Below are positions 13,201-28,660 of a stretch of 64,000 nt of DNA, one piece after another. The stretch lies in the NCBI GenBank assembly GCA_039621445.1, contig CP154954.1, positions 12,208,716 through 12,272,715 of the forward strand, read 5' to 3'. How positions within the stretch are numbered: the first letter of the stretch is position 1; each line of letters opens with the position of its first letter. The DNA comes from Euglena gracilis. Its lineage: Eukaryota. The notes beneath the pieces were generated by a model. It worked only from the letters and a program-made list of their open reading frames with translations, ran no database searches and was not told the DNA's origin. Both the position numbers and the translations under genes were made by a program.

Positions 13201-15696
13201 GGAAGGTGCTGATGACCTCTTCAGGAAGAAAATCATTTCAACAATATGTCAGAAAATGCGAACACCCCCAATACAACTCATACACAATACCCCCAAATTT
13301 AACCCCCCCCCTGGGTGGTTGTGTGTTGCAGGCACAATATGGGGGAAAAAATCCCCCCCCAAAAAACATACGTTTTACGACTTTTTAGGCATTGAATTCA
13401 GTACTTTTGGTCAAAAAAATGGTGACCAACTGAAAATTGCTCAAAAATGGTGAAATCTGAGCAATCCCCCAAAAAATACAAAAAAACCGGGGGTGCATTT
13501 TGCGGGGGTTTCTTTCGGAACAGGACAGGCAGCCTCTGGGCAGACACCCGCGACGTCTCGGGGTAGACCAGCCGGGGGGACACCGCCGCGGGGCTGAACA
13601 TCTCCGGCGACGGCAGGCGGGGGGACTGGCTCAGGGGGCTGATGCGCGGGGCCAGGGCTGGGGGCGTGGTGCCGTCCGGGCGGACGGGCGGGCTGGCGAT
13701 GGGGTCGGAGTGGACCTTGGTCACGGTGGGGACCGGCGCCACTGGCACAGGGCAGTGGCGGGAAGGAAGTGATGGGGCACCGAAGCGCGCTGGCGCATGG
13801 GGGGGGGGCAAGCAACCGATAAACATCAGGTGTATTACTGTGTGTGCGTGTGCCCTCAAGGAGATTGTACTTATATGATATAGCGTAAGAAGCATTCATG
13901 CTTATGTATACACATGTACACACACACACAAACATCCATCCATCCATCCATCCATCCATCCATCCATCCCTCCCTCCATCCATCCATCCATCCATCCATC
14001 CATCCATCCATCCATCCATCCATCCATCCATCCATCCATCCATCCATCTATACATACATCCATCCATCCATCCATCCATCCATCCATCCATCCATCCATC
14101 CATCCATCCATACATCCATCCATCCATCCATCCATCCATCCATACATACATACATACATACATACATACATACATACATACATACATACATACATACATA
14201 CATACATACATACATACATACATACATGCGTACGTACGTATGTACATACGTACATACATACATCCATGCATAATTGAATATAAAAAAAAACCATTTCGAA
14301 ATGGAGGAGAAAAACAAAGAACCTTGAAACAAAGGGGGAAAACAGCAACAAACACAATTTGTGTGTGTGCCCACGTTTGTGTGCCGCCCACCCACTGCTC
14401 TATATCGTGACTTGGCAATAAATAATAATAATAATAATAATAATAATAAACACGTGAAGTTCGCAGAGAAATACACCCAATCCTGCAGCAAACGTTTTCG
14501 AACTGCCCAATTACGATGCATACATACATACATACATACATACACACATACATGCATGCATGCATGCATGCATGCATGCATGCATGCATGCATGCATGCA
14601 TACATACATACATACATACATACATACATACATACATACATACATACATACATACATACATACATACATACATACGTACGTACGTGCGTACGTACGTACG
14701 TACGTACGTACGAACGTACATACATGCATAATTGAATAAAAAAAATCAAAATCATTTCGAAATGGAGGAGAAAAACAAAGAACCTCGAAACAAAGGGGGG
14801 GAAAAACAGCAATAAACACAATTTGTGTGTGCCCACGTTTGTGTGCCGCCCACCCACTGCTCTACATCATGACTTGGCAATAATAATAATAATAATAATA
14901 ATAATAAACACGTGAACTTCGCAGAGAAATACACCCAATCCTGCAGCAAACGTTTTCAAACTGCCCAGTTACGATCGTCGTGATGTGGCAGTGCCACCAC
15001 CTCGTGGTCGGCACCTCAAATCCAGCAGGAGCCTCGATGTACGGCTTGTCGCGTGCCCACCTCCTCGCCGAGGGGTCCTGCGGCCGACCTCGACGCTCCT
15101 GAGCATTAGGCAGCGGCGGGGCGTCTGCACCAGCCATCTGCCCCAGCCTATCGTACTGCCATCCACCTCAGCCCCCACTCCACTCGGGTCAGGGTCCCTG
15201 GGACTCGCTAGTCCCGGGGACCCTGACAATCTCCTCAGTGGGCCGTGACTTTAACAGTGGCCCTTCCTTTCCACTATCTAATGTGACAACCCCCCCTCAG
15301 GGTCCACTAGAAATTACATTTGGCCCATTTTAGACTGGCTGTAGTCCAGCCCACCCCTCGATGGGGAGGTGCAACTCCTAAAGCACATGCTACTGCACAT
15401 CCTAAAAGACCACACACACAAAGCACTACAAATACCAAAGCACACGCTTGCTACACAAGGATATACCCAATGAGATGTCCTGAGTAAACAAGGCCAGTGA
15501 ACAGTGACACGGGGGGAGGAGGAAAAATGTTTCGATCATATTTGAAACGTCATTACACACACACACATATGTATATGTATATATGTTTGCATATGTATAT
15601 ATACATATATACATATATGTATATGTATACATATGTATACATACATACATATACATATATATTATATATATTATATATTATAATATAATATATATA

Positions 15697-15727
<31 letters not shown>

Positions 15728-18700
15728 ATATATTAAATGCATATAATATATATATATATAATTTGCATTCCACAACCGTCTACTCACTGACATCATTTAT
15801 CATTTTGTGTGTGTGCATGGTTTGCTTCATCGCCATGCAGGGGCGCAGCAGAAGGCTGTTCAGTCGAGGGATCTCTTGCCCAGGAATTGGGTCGTCCCCT
15901 CTGCTTGTGGCAACCGCCGGCAACAGAAAATGGACGGATCGAAGTATTGCCAGAATGAGAACCCCCCTCCCCAATGGTGCATGTCCAAATCAGGATAATC
16001 ATGGGAGGCCACTCGCCAAACTTCGAACTGGTGATCACGCAGGCCAACAGCGAAGCAGCCTTCATTTGACCAAATGAGTCTTGAAGAACTTCTTGGCAAC
16101 CCCATATTTTACATTGAACAACGCTTAAACAAGATGTTCAGTCATATGGAAGGAGCCTTTTTTCTTTTGGTGGGCGGTCCAGATAAACAACAACTGATTT
16201 TGCATCTGAACCCGCATTCGCCCTCCCGCTCTGCATGGTTTTAAGGGATTAGGGGTTGATTTTCACGTTGCCGACCTGTTTGGGGGCACCTTCCCCAGTG
16301 AGAAGGTGACACCACCACGGGGGTGCCAACTTCTTGTCACCCTGTCCTTATCCTCATTTGCGAAACCTTTTATTCCGCCACCAAGGAAGTTTTCATTCCT
16401 AAAGAACCTTTGATACTGTCCAATTCGTCAGTCAACCACCTCCCCGCCAGAAACCGTATCCATCTCTGACAAGTCAATGAGCACAGAGATAGGAGGCGGG
16501 TTCCTTTGACTACAACAAGTCAGCAAATACGGGATCAGAGGAAAATTTCCTGAGAGGAGTCGGGGTCAGAGGGGGGGAAATACCTGTTTTTCGACCACAG
16601 CCGACATAAAGGGCAAAAACTGCAAAAACTGCGAAAGGGCGGTTCTTTTTCGCATATTTGTGATTAGAAGCATGGGGGTGAAAGAATTAACAACATTTCC
16701 AGCTTGGGTTAAAAAAAATTTCTCCAATCCAAAAAAAAAACCACAAAAAAATCACACAAAAAATCGTGGGGGAGAAAGGTGAGCTGGAGACAGGGCCCCA
16801 TGAGGACAGTGAGAACAGTCTAAAAAATCTGAGGGTGGAAGACAGTTCCCCCGGGGGGGGGGGGAGGTGGAGATTCCAATGGAACTGAGCAATGCCAACT
16901 CTCAGGGCGATGCTTAGTAACCCCCCCGGCTGGTGGATGACCACCCCCCCATGGGGTCCCCACTGGCTGAAATTCGGTCAAACCCAGGGTCGAACGAGGT
17001 ACCAAAAAATTGAAACTAAAAAAACTTCCAATTATGCTAAAACTAGATCTTTTGGCCAAAAATGTGTCCTGGCTGGCCCTTTTCTGACCCATTCTTGCCC
17101 TTTTTTGGCCCATATTTGCACCTCCGAAGCCAAAAAACCCGTCACCACCCGTTGGAATGCTTCAAAATAAATAGTGTTGATTGGGAGGAGGGTTCAAGGG
17201 TGGAAAAAAGCTGCTGATTGGCTGGACACCCCAAGGGGATGGGACCAAATTATTTTAAGCGACGCCCCCCCCCCTCCCAGTGCCAGGGCTGTACGGGAAT
17301 CATGGTGGGGGTCAACCCCCAGGAGGTGGCGGGAGGGGGGGGGGACAGCGCCAAATAAAAAATTGACATAAACATTGGCACCTCTGGAAATACAAGAGGG
17401 GGTGTGGGGTCGGCCCCCCCCCAAACCAAAAAGGTTCTGGGGGTGACTGCCGTTGGGGGGTACTGCACTCCCCGTGATTTCATGTTTGATCCCATCTGCT
17501 CAAAGAGAGAGGAATCAGGGGAGGAGGATCCAAGAACCACTTACCCAACACCCAGAGGTTTTCGGTATTCCGGTCCACCCCGGGGGATCGGACGCAAGCC
17601 GAAAGGAGGGTGTGGCGTGCGGGTGCAGTGGGCTCCGGGGGAGGCGGTGGGGGCACGAAGGTGAGGGGCACGGTGGGCTGCACTGGGGGCACCGGGGGTG
17701 GGAGGGAGGGGGGGAGGGGGGGAGTGCCGGTCGCCGAGCTGGACAGTGGCAGGGCCCGAAGGGAACGAACGGGCGGGCAAATGAGGCTGATGGGGGGCGA
17801 GAGCACAGGCAGCATTGCTGTTAGAGGTTAAAAGGTATAAGAGTATAAGAGGCGTTTAAGAGGCGGAAACCCAAAAGGTCGGTCCAATCGTGACTCCAAC
17901 CCCATCTCCACCAATAACCCACGTTCCCCAAATCAGTATCTAAAAGACCACCCCCCAAAAAGAGGAGTCCCAGGGTACACCCGTGTTATACTTCCTGGAC
18001 CAACGAGGGACACCCCCCAGTCATCCTAGAGGCCCCCCCCCCCCTGCGGGGGGGGGGGGGGGCCAAGATGAGGCTTCCATACCAAATTATGGCTGCAAAC
18101 ATAATTTAAACAAATTCATTTAAAATCCCAACACAGCAACTCTGTCTTCAGAATTGTTTGGCTAACAATCTCGGCCACTTCAGACTCCGTCAAAAAAAGC
18201 ACACAAAAAATTGCCGCCACGGGAATTATGGCAATTACGACAATCGCACGTGCTCTGCTCGGGGTGGGGGACGGGTTGGGCGGGGCGGGGGCGGGGGGGG
18301 GGGCGGCGGCGGGCAGCACGTCGGGCGGCAGCCGCGCCCCCGCGGCGGACCGGCCGGCCCCCCGCGGGGCGGGGCCGGGGGGGCGGCCGCGGCGGCGGGG
18401 CGCGGGGTCAGCGTCGCGCCGGCGCTGCGGGGGCGCGGCCGGGGGGGACCGCTCGGCGCGTCGGGGGCAGAGCGCACCGCGCCGAGGGCCAAAACGGTCG
18501 CAATGAACGATCGAAATGGCGAAAACTGGTGCAAAATTTTTCCGCAAAATGGGCTTGGCATTGTGTCTGGCAGCGTTTGCGCCAGACGGCCAAAAATCGG
18601 TTGAAAGTTTGTAAGAATTGAAAGGAAAAAAAGTAGCCAAAAAAGGCCAGAACCGGCAAAAAAAAGGCCAGAACCGGCTAAAAAAAAAGGCCAAAAGTGG

Positions 18701-21700
18701 CCAAAAATGGCCCAAAAGCCAAAACTAGCCAAAAAAAATGTTAGAAGTCGCCAGGCTAGCCCAGGAAAGAGTGGGAAGCCTGCAGAAGGTGGGTCAAGAC
18801 TCCTCCCCCCCCCCGATCCCAACAGAGGGGGGAGGGTTGGATCCCTCCTCCCATCTAGAAACCAGAAAGGACTTGGACAAAAAAAAATTGTTCGGGAGCT
18901 GCGGAAGGTGACGATGCCATGGAAAACTGGTTGGTCAAACCCAGGATTTTCTTTAAAAATTTTCACAAAAATTGTCACTACACAAATTTTTTGACATTCT
19001 TAGAGAAATCTCCCAAATTTCCCATAATACTGGATGCTGAATTTTGTTTGATCAAGGATCCATCATCATTTTTGATGTAATATTCTCACAACATTTTTCG
19101 TTTAAATTTATTCCCAATAAATCAAAGAAATCAATTTTTTCTGCACAATAAATGGGCATTCCATTTTAAAGCAACACCAAATTATCATTGGGAATCCCAA
19201 AAGACATTATATATGTGTATTTATTAGCATTTTATCCTATATTTTTTGTCATTCGTTTGGCATATTCTTCAAAGAAATACAAAATGAACTCAAAAACAAG
19301 ATATTTTTCATTTTAAAAATAGGCTTCTGAATCTGCATGGATCGTTTGATTTCAAGAGATTCCTAACATTTTTATCCACGTGTCCACAAAAAAACGTACA
19401 AAATTGTTTTGGTACCAAAACAATGATCAAGCAAAATAATTGGGTGGGTTATCGTGGGAGGTGGCGAACGTGGGAGGTGGCTCCGCGGCCGGCCGTGGCC
19501 AGATATTAAACGCAAGCAGTGAGTTCTCACAGAGTCTTGAGACTTCCATTGCCATCGATGCGCATGTTTGCGTGATAAATTGGCGCACGCAGGATACCAG
19601 CGAACCCAAATGCTGCCCAACTATGGTTGATGTGAATGGGGGCCGTCGTTTGGCAAGTTCGGCACCTCGTTGGGCAGTACTTTGGGCTCGCTGAGTGTCC
19701 TGTACAGGTCAATATAACGATGTCGGGTGGGGAAGGTTAAAATGTTTGAAGGGGAACCTTAACCCTAATCCTCCCAATAGCCTCATCAATCACCGTGGGA
19801 CGTGCGAGGTGGCCACAGCACCACCAATACTGGCCGTGGGGGTGGCCGTGCCTGGCCCGGCGCCACCTCCCATGATTCCACCTCCCACGGTACCCCAGCT
19901 GGTTCTATTTAATTGATCTAATTTATTGATTTGCAAAGTAATCCAATCAGTTAACTAATAAATTAATTAAATAATTGACTAATTAATTAATCAATTAATC
20001 TAATCAGCAACCTTGTGGTGCCCGCCCACCCATGCAAGAGGTGCCGCCTGGAGAGGGGCGGGGGGCGGGGCGGCGGTTGGGGCCGACACCTCACGCACTG
20101 TCGGGAAGGCTGGCGGTGGTGGCAGCGGCGGCTCATGCGACGCCCGCCGTTTGCCCGGCAGGGAGGGGGGACGCTGGGAGGGGGGCGCAGCGGCCCACAC
20201 AGCCGGCTTCTGGCCGCCTTTGCTGAATAATATGTTCTCAATTGCGACCCATGGCCAAAAGCTGTCGAAAAAAAAAAGGCCACGCATGGCCAAAAATGGC
20301 CAAAAGAGGCCAAAAACGGCCAAGAGTGATATTAGGGGGCCCCAAAAAATTGCCAAAAGTGCCACAAACCCCCACCTATGACCAACCCTTGCCTGGTTGG
20401 AGACAAACATTGGCTATTTTTAGCGACCGCCCCCCTGGTGTAAGAAAAATATTTGTAGCCATTGGACAAGGGGGGGCTCCACCTCCCAAGCCAAAGTCAC
20501 ATGAATTGACTTCGATTTGGCTGTGTGGAGCATGGGCCCTTCCTTAGAAAAAATATTGCACAACGTCGAGCCACGTATGGAAATTTACGCCAAAATTTGC
20601 CATTTTGTGTATTTTGAAACTGTTTTGCGGGGAGTTTTTTCTTGCCATTCTCAACATTTTCAGCGATTTCATTGTGGTGGCCATTTTTCTTTGCATAAAA
20701 AGCAAAATTCACACAATTAATCCTGGTAGAACCAACTTTGTATCCAAAAACATCACATCTGACTGAGGGGGGTCGTTGGACAAACCCAGGGGTTGGGCAG
20801 CATACTTTTTTGTTATTCTTACCAAATCTTTACAAAAACCCAGAATTGTGAAGCACTGTTGTGTGGGTGGAGGGAGGGAGGGAGGGAGGAGGGAGGGAGG
20901 GAATGGTCAGAGAAAACAACACAGGATCGTCAAGTGCTAGTGTCAAAGCACCAACAAGGCACAAGATATAATTACAAATAAAACATCCTTTGAACAATAT
21001 CCTCGATTGGTGTGCAAGAGGGAACTATATAATGCGCCATACATGCAGGTTTTGTTCACATGAGATGCAGAAAATGAATAAAAGGCAGAGCCAGAAGGAA
21101 CAGATGAAAACAATTCAACGTCAACATCAGAGAAGCAGTTCAGCAGGTGGGAACCAAAACTGGGCAGGGAGCAAATTGTTGTCACCCCGTCCGCCATGGC
21201 AGGGAGGTTGGTTCTCTTCGGGGGGTGAACAACCGGGAGGGGACATGGGACCCCCGGGCAACGCCGGCGGAGGCGGCCAGGACGCCCCCGCCTCCGGTTC
21301 CGCGACGGCGGTCGGCGTGCGAGAGGGGGCTTGGGGCGGCGGGGGTGGGGGCGGGACGTCGACGGGGCTGGCCGGCGTGGCGGCCCCGGCCCCGGCTGCC
21401 CCGCGCGAGGCGGGCTTCGGGCTGCTCGGGGGCAGGGGCCGGGGGGGGAGGGGGGGCGGGGGCTCCCACGGACGGCGTTAGACACGGCCTATCGCCGTGT
21501 CTAAGCCGAACACGGTGCAGAATGCGAGACAAAATGGGACACGCAGAAATCATAAACCTCGCTTTTCGGAGGTTTCGAGGATTTCGGAGGTTCTCTTTTT
21601 GAATGATTATTTTGCGTGCGATCACGGGTGAGCTGGGTTGGATCCACAGGTGGACATCAGAACCACGGTAAGGACGCTTTTCCGGACCCTGCTCCCCCCC

Positions 21701-22959
21701 CTGGGTGGGTCAACTCCTCCTCCTGTGCAAAGGAAAATCTGGAACTAAGCTGGAAAATATATCGAAATAATTGGTTGTTAGCAACGCACCCCGGAGCAGG
21801 GTTCGATATAAGGACAGGTGGGGGGGGGGGGGGCGGGCCCCCCCCCCCCCGGCGGGCCAGGGGGGGGGGGGGTGGGGGGGACACACCCCCACCTAAACAG
21901 GTGCGCGGTCAGGGTGGCCGAAAATTTTTGACCCCCCAAAACGACCAAAAGTGCCATTTTGGGCACTTTTTGGGCAAAAATGTGCCAAAAATGCAAAAAA
22001 TTTTCGGCGCGAAGCGCCGGAGGAAAAAATTGGCCCTTTTTGGGGGGGGTCCCGGGAACCCCCCCGAGGGTCGGTCCGGACCCCCTGGCAGGTGGGGGGG
22101 GGGGTGGTCCGGACCCCCCCCCCTGCGGGCCAGGAGGGGGGGGGGTGGGGGGGACACCCCCCCACCTAAACCATGTACGCCCTCCTTATATCAAACCCTG
22201 CCCCGGAGTATTTTCTGAAAAATTGGCAAAAAAACAGATGAACATGACCTTGCGCCAGGGAAGAAAATTCTTTGTTTTGGGGGTGTCGAAGAAAAATAAG
22301 AGCAGAAATTGCACATGCCCAACGACCATGTCTTTCAACCAAACTGTTCATTGGACAGTAAAATAGCACCGAATCCCTTCACAAAACACTCCAAAATTAA
22401 ATTGCCGATTATTTCGGTGCTTGAAAATTTATTACACTTGGCTTGAAAAGTATTGACTTGAACATAATTCTCCCAATTTCTGTGCTTCCGTCAATACAGA
22501 CAGCATGTCTGGCACACGCGCCAGGTTGCACAGACACTCACCACCACTCCTCCCCCACGCAGAACACACTTGCTCGCACACTCACAACTGAATCAGTCAC
22601 AGCCCCTGGCCAACGCCCGGCCTTGCTCCAGCTGCAGGCGGCTCCACATGGAGTGTGCATCCGGGGGCGTCCCTGCCGGGCCGGCCACCAGCTGCCGGAA
22701 CCGGTTGAGGCCATCGCCCCCAGGTTGGTGGGCCCGACAGGGGACAACGCGCGATGCCAACAACCACAGAGAAGCAATGAACTTATGGCCACATAAAAAC
22801 GAAGGCCATTTCATTGGTGTTGAAATTCTTTCATGTTTGACCGGGGGGGTCCCGGAGTATCCACTCACTTTTCCCCCAAAATGGCCAGAAAATTGCGAAA
22901 ATGCTAAAAATAGCACCTTTTCAAAAAATTAGGCACCTTTGGTGCGAAAAGTATATCCC

Positions 22960-22997
<38 letters not shown>

Positions 22998-25900
22998 AGG
23001 GGGTCGAAGACTAAAAAAAACTCCTGTTGGTGCGCTTGCACCCTCCCCCTCCACTCCTTACTGCCTTTCTTGCGCCCCGCATCGTCACTGCCCCTGGAAT
23101 GATGGGCACATTTGTCGTTGATGACAGCCCTCCTCCGGCCCCACATCGTCCATGCCAACCCACATGGCACTGATCAACGCACGCCGTTCGTTGGACCGCC
23201 AGGGCTGGGGCAGCGATGGGCGGAGGTGGGCGTGCGGGAGGAGAAGAAGTGGATCAACCGATGGTGCTTGTGGAACACCTGGAAGTAGCGGCTGTCGAAG
23301 GGGTACGCCCCCGCGGTTCGCCTGTGGCTGACATCAGGGGAGCCACCCCCCCCCCCCCCCTCGCACCCCTGTCATGTGTGATTGGGCTGACTGAGGAAAC
23401 AGACTGAGACTAGGGGGGAGGGGGCAGCAGCTTGAAACAAAATGGGCTTGCTGGAAAATGACCACTGCCTGTCCCCCCCCCCATCTTTTGGTTGGTTTAC
23501 TCTGTTACAGACAAAGGCATTTCTCTCCAGACGACCTTTCACAGCATCAGAAATCGCTCGATCGAAAAAAAGGCCTCCCAGCTAGGGGTTTCCTGAGACA
23601 CAAATGACTCCCACTACTCCCACATTTGGCCAAACATATTGTAGCCTTCTTTCCAGATTAATGCTCTGTTGGGTGTGAGTTTCGCTTTTATTACGCTTGC
23701 CCTCCTCCGGAAATTGTCACCTGACAAGTCAATCAGTGAGCACCAGACAACTCTCAGGGCTGGCCAAGTTGGGTTTCCTGGTTTTCCAAAAGGACAAGTC
23801 AGAGGTGCAGTCAGGCAACTCACCAGGGAACAAACCTCCCTGGCAGGCCAGCCACTTCCAGGATTGTGGTAACTTCCTGTGATGACAGACATCCCTCCCC
23901 TATGCGAGGATAATAACTTGTTTAACCCGTTGGAGCCATTGGGTTCTGTGCCGCATAAATATTAATACATGTCAACTATCGGAAAACTTTAGAATTATGC
24001 ATCGAACGTAACTCTTAAGATGTCCGCCGTGCTGTTTGGGGTGTGTTGATATTTCCTCGACTCTCCCTCTCCAAAAAAAAATCACATACTGCAGACGGCT
24101 GTGTCGCGAAATATTTAGGGGATTGAAGGGGAATAAAAAATGGTGTTGGTGCTAGGGATCTGGCAATGAGACTGAGAAATTATCAAAGCTTGATCCCCCT
24201 CACCCAAAAAGTCCTCACGGGTGCATGCTGTCCACTGCAGTCCTGCAGAAAACCACATTGCTGTTATCAGTTGCTTTCAAAGCAATCAAAGAAAATATCG
24301 AAAACATTGGACATGCAAGCGGCAGGGTATAAAATTTTGGTTCTGGGGTTCTCTGGAAGCCCAAATCTCCACATATCACGGCTCCAAAGGGGGGTCAGGA
24401 CCCGGCGGGTCAGACCTCCCTCCCACATTGCAAACAAACGCTCACCTCGTACCCTACCCCCAGTCTGCGAGAAGACAAACCGCGATCACAAGGGAGGGTT
24501 GGATAGACACCTCATTGATTGGGACAGAGAGGCGCTGGCAGCCTTTGGTACTGTGCAATGGTAACGTTTGCAATTTACGTTGTGATGTAACGATGCAATT
24601 TTGCAATTCATGTTCTTCGGAATTGCTGAAGTATATCTTGCTCGAGGGCACTTATGTTGAACATCAAGAATGGTGCAAAAAATCTATAAAAAAAAGACTC
24701 TTTCTCTATTGTTATCATGTCAAATATCGGATAAGCTGCAGGCATAATTCTGAGCAGGGGTTTCTTGAACACTCAGGGGGGGGGGTCCCACCGGCCAGGT
24801 GGGAAAAAAGGGTGTTGGCTGGAACCTTGGGGGGGGGGGTCCAGCCGGCTGGCGACTGGACCTGGCTGGTGCCCCGAAAAGGCAGAAGAGTTCAAAAACC
24901 AGCCAGTTTGGCATTTTTTTCAGCCAAAATATGGAAATAACCCCCCCCCCAAAAAAATCAAAAATGCCATTCATTTTTTGCCGCCTTTTTACAAGAATTT
25001 TCGGTCCAGCCTGGCTTCGCTGGGCCGACCCAAACTTTGTTTCAGCGGACCCCCGGGCAGGGGCGGTGTCCTGCAGCCCGGCTTGGAGCTGTGGGCTGGG
25101 AAAAACGTGCTGGCTGGCTGGACCTCCCCCCCCCCCCGGTGGGTAAGGTCCCTGCTGAATAAAACCCTGAGTCTGAGCAAGGCACAAGGCACCTCCCTAA
25201 CAAAAAAAATCTCCCCATTTACAACCTCTGAGAATAAAATTTTTATTTCAAACCCTTCATCCTGGGTGCTTCCATTTGGCATCCAAAAAAGGTAAAATCC
25301 CCCTCTATGGAAATTCAAACAGGGGCACAACCCATCCCAGTGAACAGAAAGATTTCTGGGGAAAAAACATCATTTCAGATTTTATCATTATTTATCATTT
25401 TGTGCATTTCTGGTACCCGCCCCCCCCCCCAGGCAATTGTCGCGTAACAAATCGGGCAGCACGGAGGGGGGTGACAATTTCCCGGGGTGGCAATTTGGCC
25501 GGCACAGAGGGGGGCGTCAATTGCCCACCCATGTAGGCCACGTTAAATCCAAATGGCCAAGAACACCATCTGAAACACCAGTGAACAGGCAAAAATGCAG
25601 CTATGGTTGTGATATTGTGCAGAGCATTTGGTATGTGACATTTCTCAGCACGTTGTAGCGAAATAGAGGATCAATTGAGTCGTGTCGGTGAAAAGAAAGT
25701 CCACAAACATCTTCTGTGGGGGGAGGTGACAAATCGGGCAGCATGGAGGGGGGTGACAATTTCCCGGGGGGATAAATTGGGCGGCACAGCCAGGGGTGAA
25801 AATTGCCCGGGGGTGTCAATTTCCCGGGGGCGTCAATTGCCCGGGGGGGGGGGGGAATAAATTTGCCTTGACCCACATAAAAAAGGCGCCAAACTGGAAT

Positions 25901-28628
25901 TTAGCAAAAAAAACAAAGTAATTGCATTGAAAAATGCCTTTTAAACTGAACTACAAATCCCTCATCAAATTCCCTTGAAGGTTCAAAAACCCTGAGGCAC
26001 AAATAAACACCAAAAGGGGGTCAAAAATTCTCAAATTCTGCGCACGGGAGGGGTCCGACACAATAACACCAAGAGGCCGGGCTCTGCCCGTCGGACTTTA
26101 CCAGCTCCAGGCGCGTGGGCGTCACCGTGGCGCACGCGACCTCATTCCGGCCCGGGTGCCCCACGTCCTTGATGACGACCATCGTCTCCTCAAACAGCAC
26201 CGGCTCTGGCTGCGTCTGCACCGGCGCCGGCCGGGGGGGAGGGCCCCGGGGGGCGGCGGGTACAGGGCCGCGCCGGACCGAGTCCCGCACCCGACCGTGT
26301 GGAGTCGCGGAAACAAATCGCAAAAAAAAATCGCAAAAATCGCGAAAAACCTACCATGATGCATAGTGCACAGTCTGCTGATCGCATTGCAGGTCGAAAT
26401 CCGCCGACAATTAGGTACCGACCACCCCTCCCCCGGAAACTGTCACCTCACAGGTCGGTCAACACCGGCACCCTGATGGGTTCTATGATGGCAAGGTTGG
26501 CCGGTGCCGACGACTCCGACAGTTTCCCGGGTGGGCCATCTCCAGGAAAACTTAATGGGATTCAACCCTGGCTGGCACCCGGAAGACTATCCTCCGCCCC
26601 TAAAAAGCCCTATGAGAGAGGAAACACGATTTTAATGGAAAAAAGCAAAAAAAATTGCTGAGTACAGTGGGAAAGTGCGCACCCCTGCAGCCAGAAGTTG
26701 TGAAGTTGGAGACATGTCGGCGAGTGCAAGTCCAGTTGACAATTTCCAGATTTCTGGGTTGGTGGAAGAGACGATCGCAGAGTGGTGTTCCTGGGGAGGG
26801 CGCATGGCTCTGCCCCCCATAAAGCTGTCACCTGAGCACAAGCCTGGGTAACAACTTCCCAACATTGCAAATCAGCGAGTCCGGGAATGGAAGGTGGTAA
26901 CTTCAGGGGGGGGGGGGTGACAGCTTTTGGGGAACCTAGTTTCGACCCAAATAAAATCTTTTTTGATGATGGGACGTGTGTCTTGCATTTATTTGGATGT
27001 GCATGTCAGGTTTTGGCAAAAACACACACACAAACACACGGCGCGCACACGCATGCACGCACGCACGCACGCACGTTGTATTCAGTCGAGCAGGCCGAAT
27101 TTATGCAAAAATGAATTAAAAAAAATCCTGATCCCCCGTGAGAGGCATCAAAAAAACATTTTCGACGTTGTTACTCAGCAGGTGCGGCCCCAGGTGATAC
27201 CTTTCCAACATGGCAAGTCCGCCAGTACAGCCCAAGGGGCTTCCGGAACACGAAGGCGACTGGAAACCCCAAAGGGGGGCGGGGGCGTTCAATGCTTCGA
27301 GGAGCGACAGTTGTTGAAATTCATGTTCAAAAATGTATATATAAATATGAGTATATAATATAAAAAATATATATTTTCAAAAAATGTGTGTGTGCCAGAA
27401 GCGCCATGCCCCTGCTCGGGGGGGACAGCCACTGGGGGGCGCTGGCTTTCGACGGGGGCCACGGCGGCTCCGGCAAGCGACTGGGGTCGCTTGCCAGGCT
27501 CCGCGGGAGGTCGCGAGGTCGGCCCCGCGGGCTTCACGGGCAGGGGCGTCGGAAAGGTTTGAAGGGGTCAGCCCGACTGCACGTGTTGCCCATTCCACGT
27601 GGGGAGTCCGACATCACATCATCCATTTACGGCAAACCCAAAGAATAACACCCCCGTTGGATTGAACTCAAGCTTGAATTCAGGCCCAATGGACCGATAG
27701 ACATTGTTAGTGTTCCACCCCATCCTTGCGCATCACTTGCTAATGTTGCCAGAATGTGGGGTGAACGCCGGAAACGGTGACTCCCCCCAAATACCCCCCC
27801 CCCCCCCGAGGCCCGACTTCGGTGGCCCATACAATACCCCCCCCTCAGCAGTGCGTGAAGAAAAACCACCAAAAGTATGGCAAGATATAAAAAAAAGACG
27901 AAATCTGGTCAGAAAAATGTTTCACAAAAATATTTGAGCAAATATTGACTTTGAAACCAGTGCCCAAAATTCCAAACTCCCCCAAATAATACCTGTGGGA
28001 GGTCAGACCCCCCAGTTCAGTTCACACCCATATGCTTCCGACCCCGGTCAACCCTGGATGCCGGAGGGCCTGTGGGAGGCAGCTTGGGGGCCGGCGGGGC
28101 GACCGCGGCCACCGCTGGACGCCCACCATCCGTTTCCACAACTAGCCAGAGAACGATTGTGAATGCAGTTATTCATTTTATTCTTTCATTCATATATATG
28201 GCAGCCTCCAACTAAAGGGACCCCCCCAGGGGGGGTCCCTATAATTGGATCAGGGGGTCAAAATTAATAATTTTTTTGTGTTAATGATGGAATAGGGTTA
28301 GGTGCGCGACTTAGGGTTAGGGTAAGGCCCAACTTATAGACGGGTGTTAGGTGTACAAATTAGGCCTGAAGTTAGGCCGGAATAACACACCTAACCCTAT
28401 TCCATCAATAACACAAAAAAAAATTGCCGCCCCCTGATCCAACTATAGGGACCCCCCTGGGGGGGTCCCTGTAGTTGGAGGCTGCCATATATCCATATAT
28501 CATATATCCACATATATGGATATATATATATATATATCACCATATAACCATATATCCATATATATGGATATATATACATATATATGTCCATATATATGGA
28601 TATATATACATATATATATATATATATA

Positions 28629-28660
<32 letters not shown>

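Noticed and set aside
13441-14857. Long ORFs of [12 protein letters not shown] repeats (also 29271-30557, 8706-9763, 41308-41715)
   Set aside because: Translations of microsatellites
28292-28400. Interstitial telomere
   Set aside because: Only a few degenerate TTAGGG units inside a fold-back element
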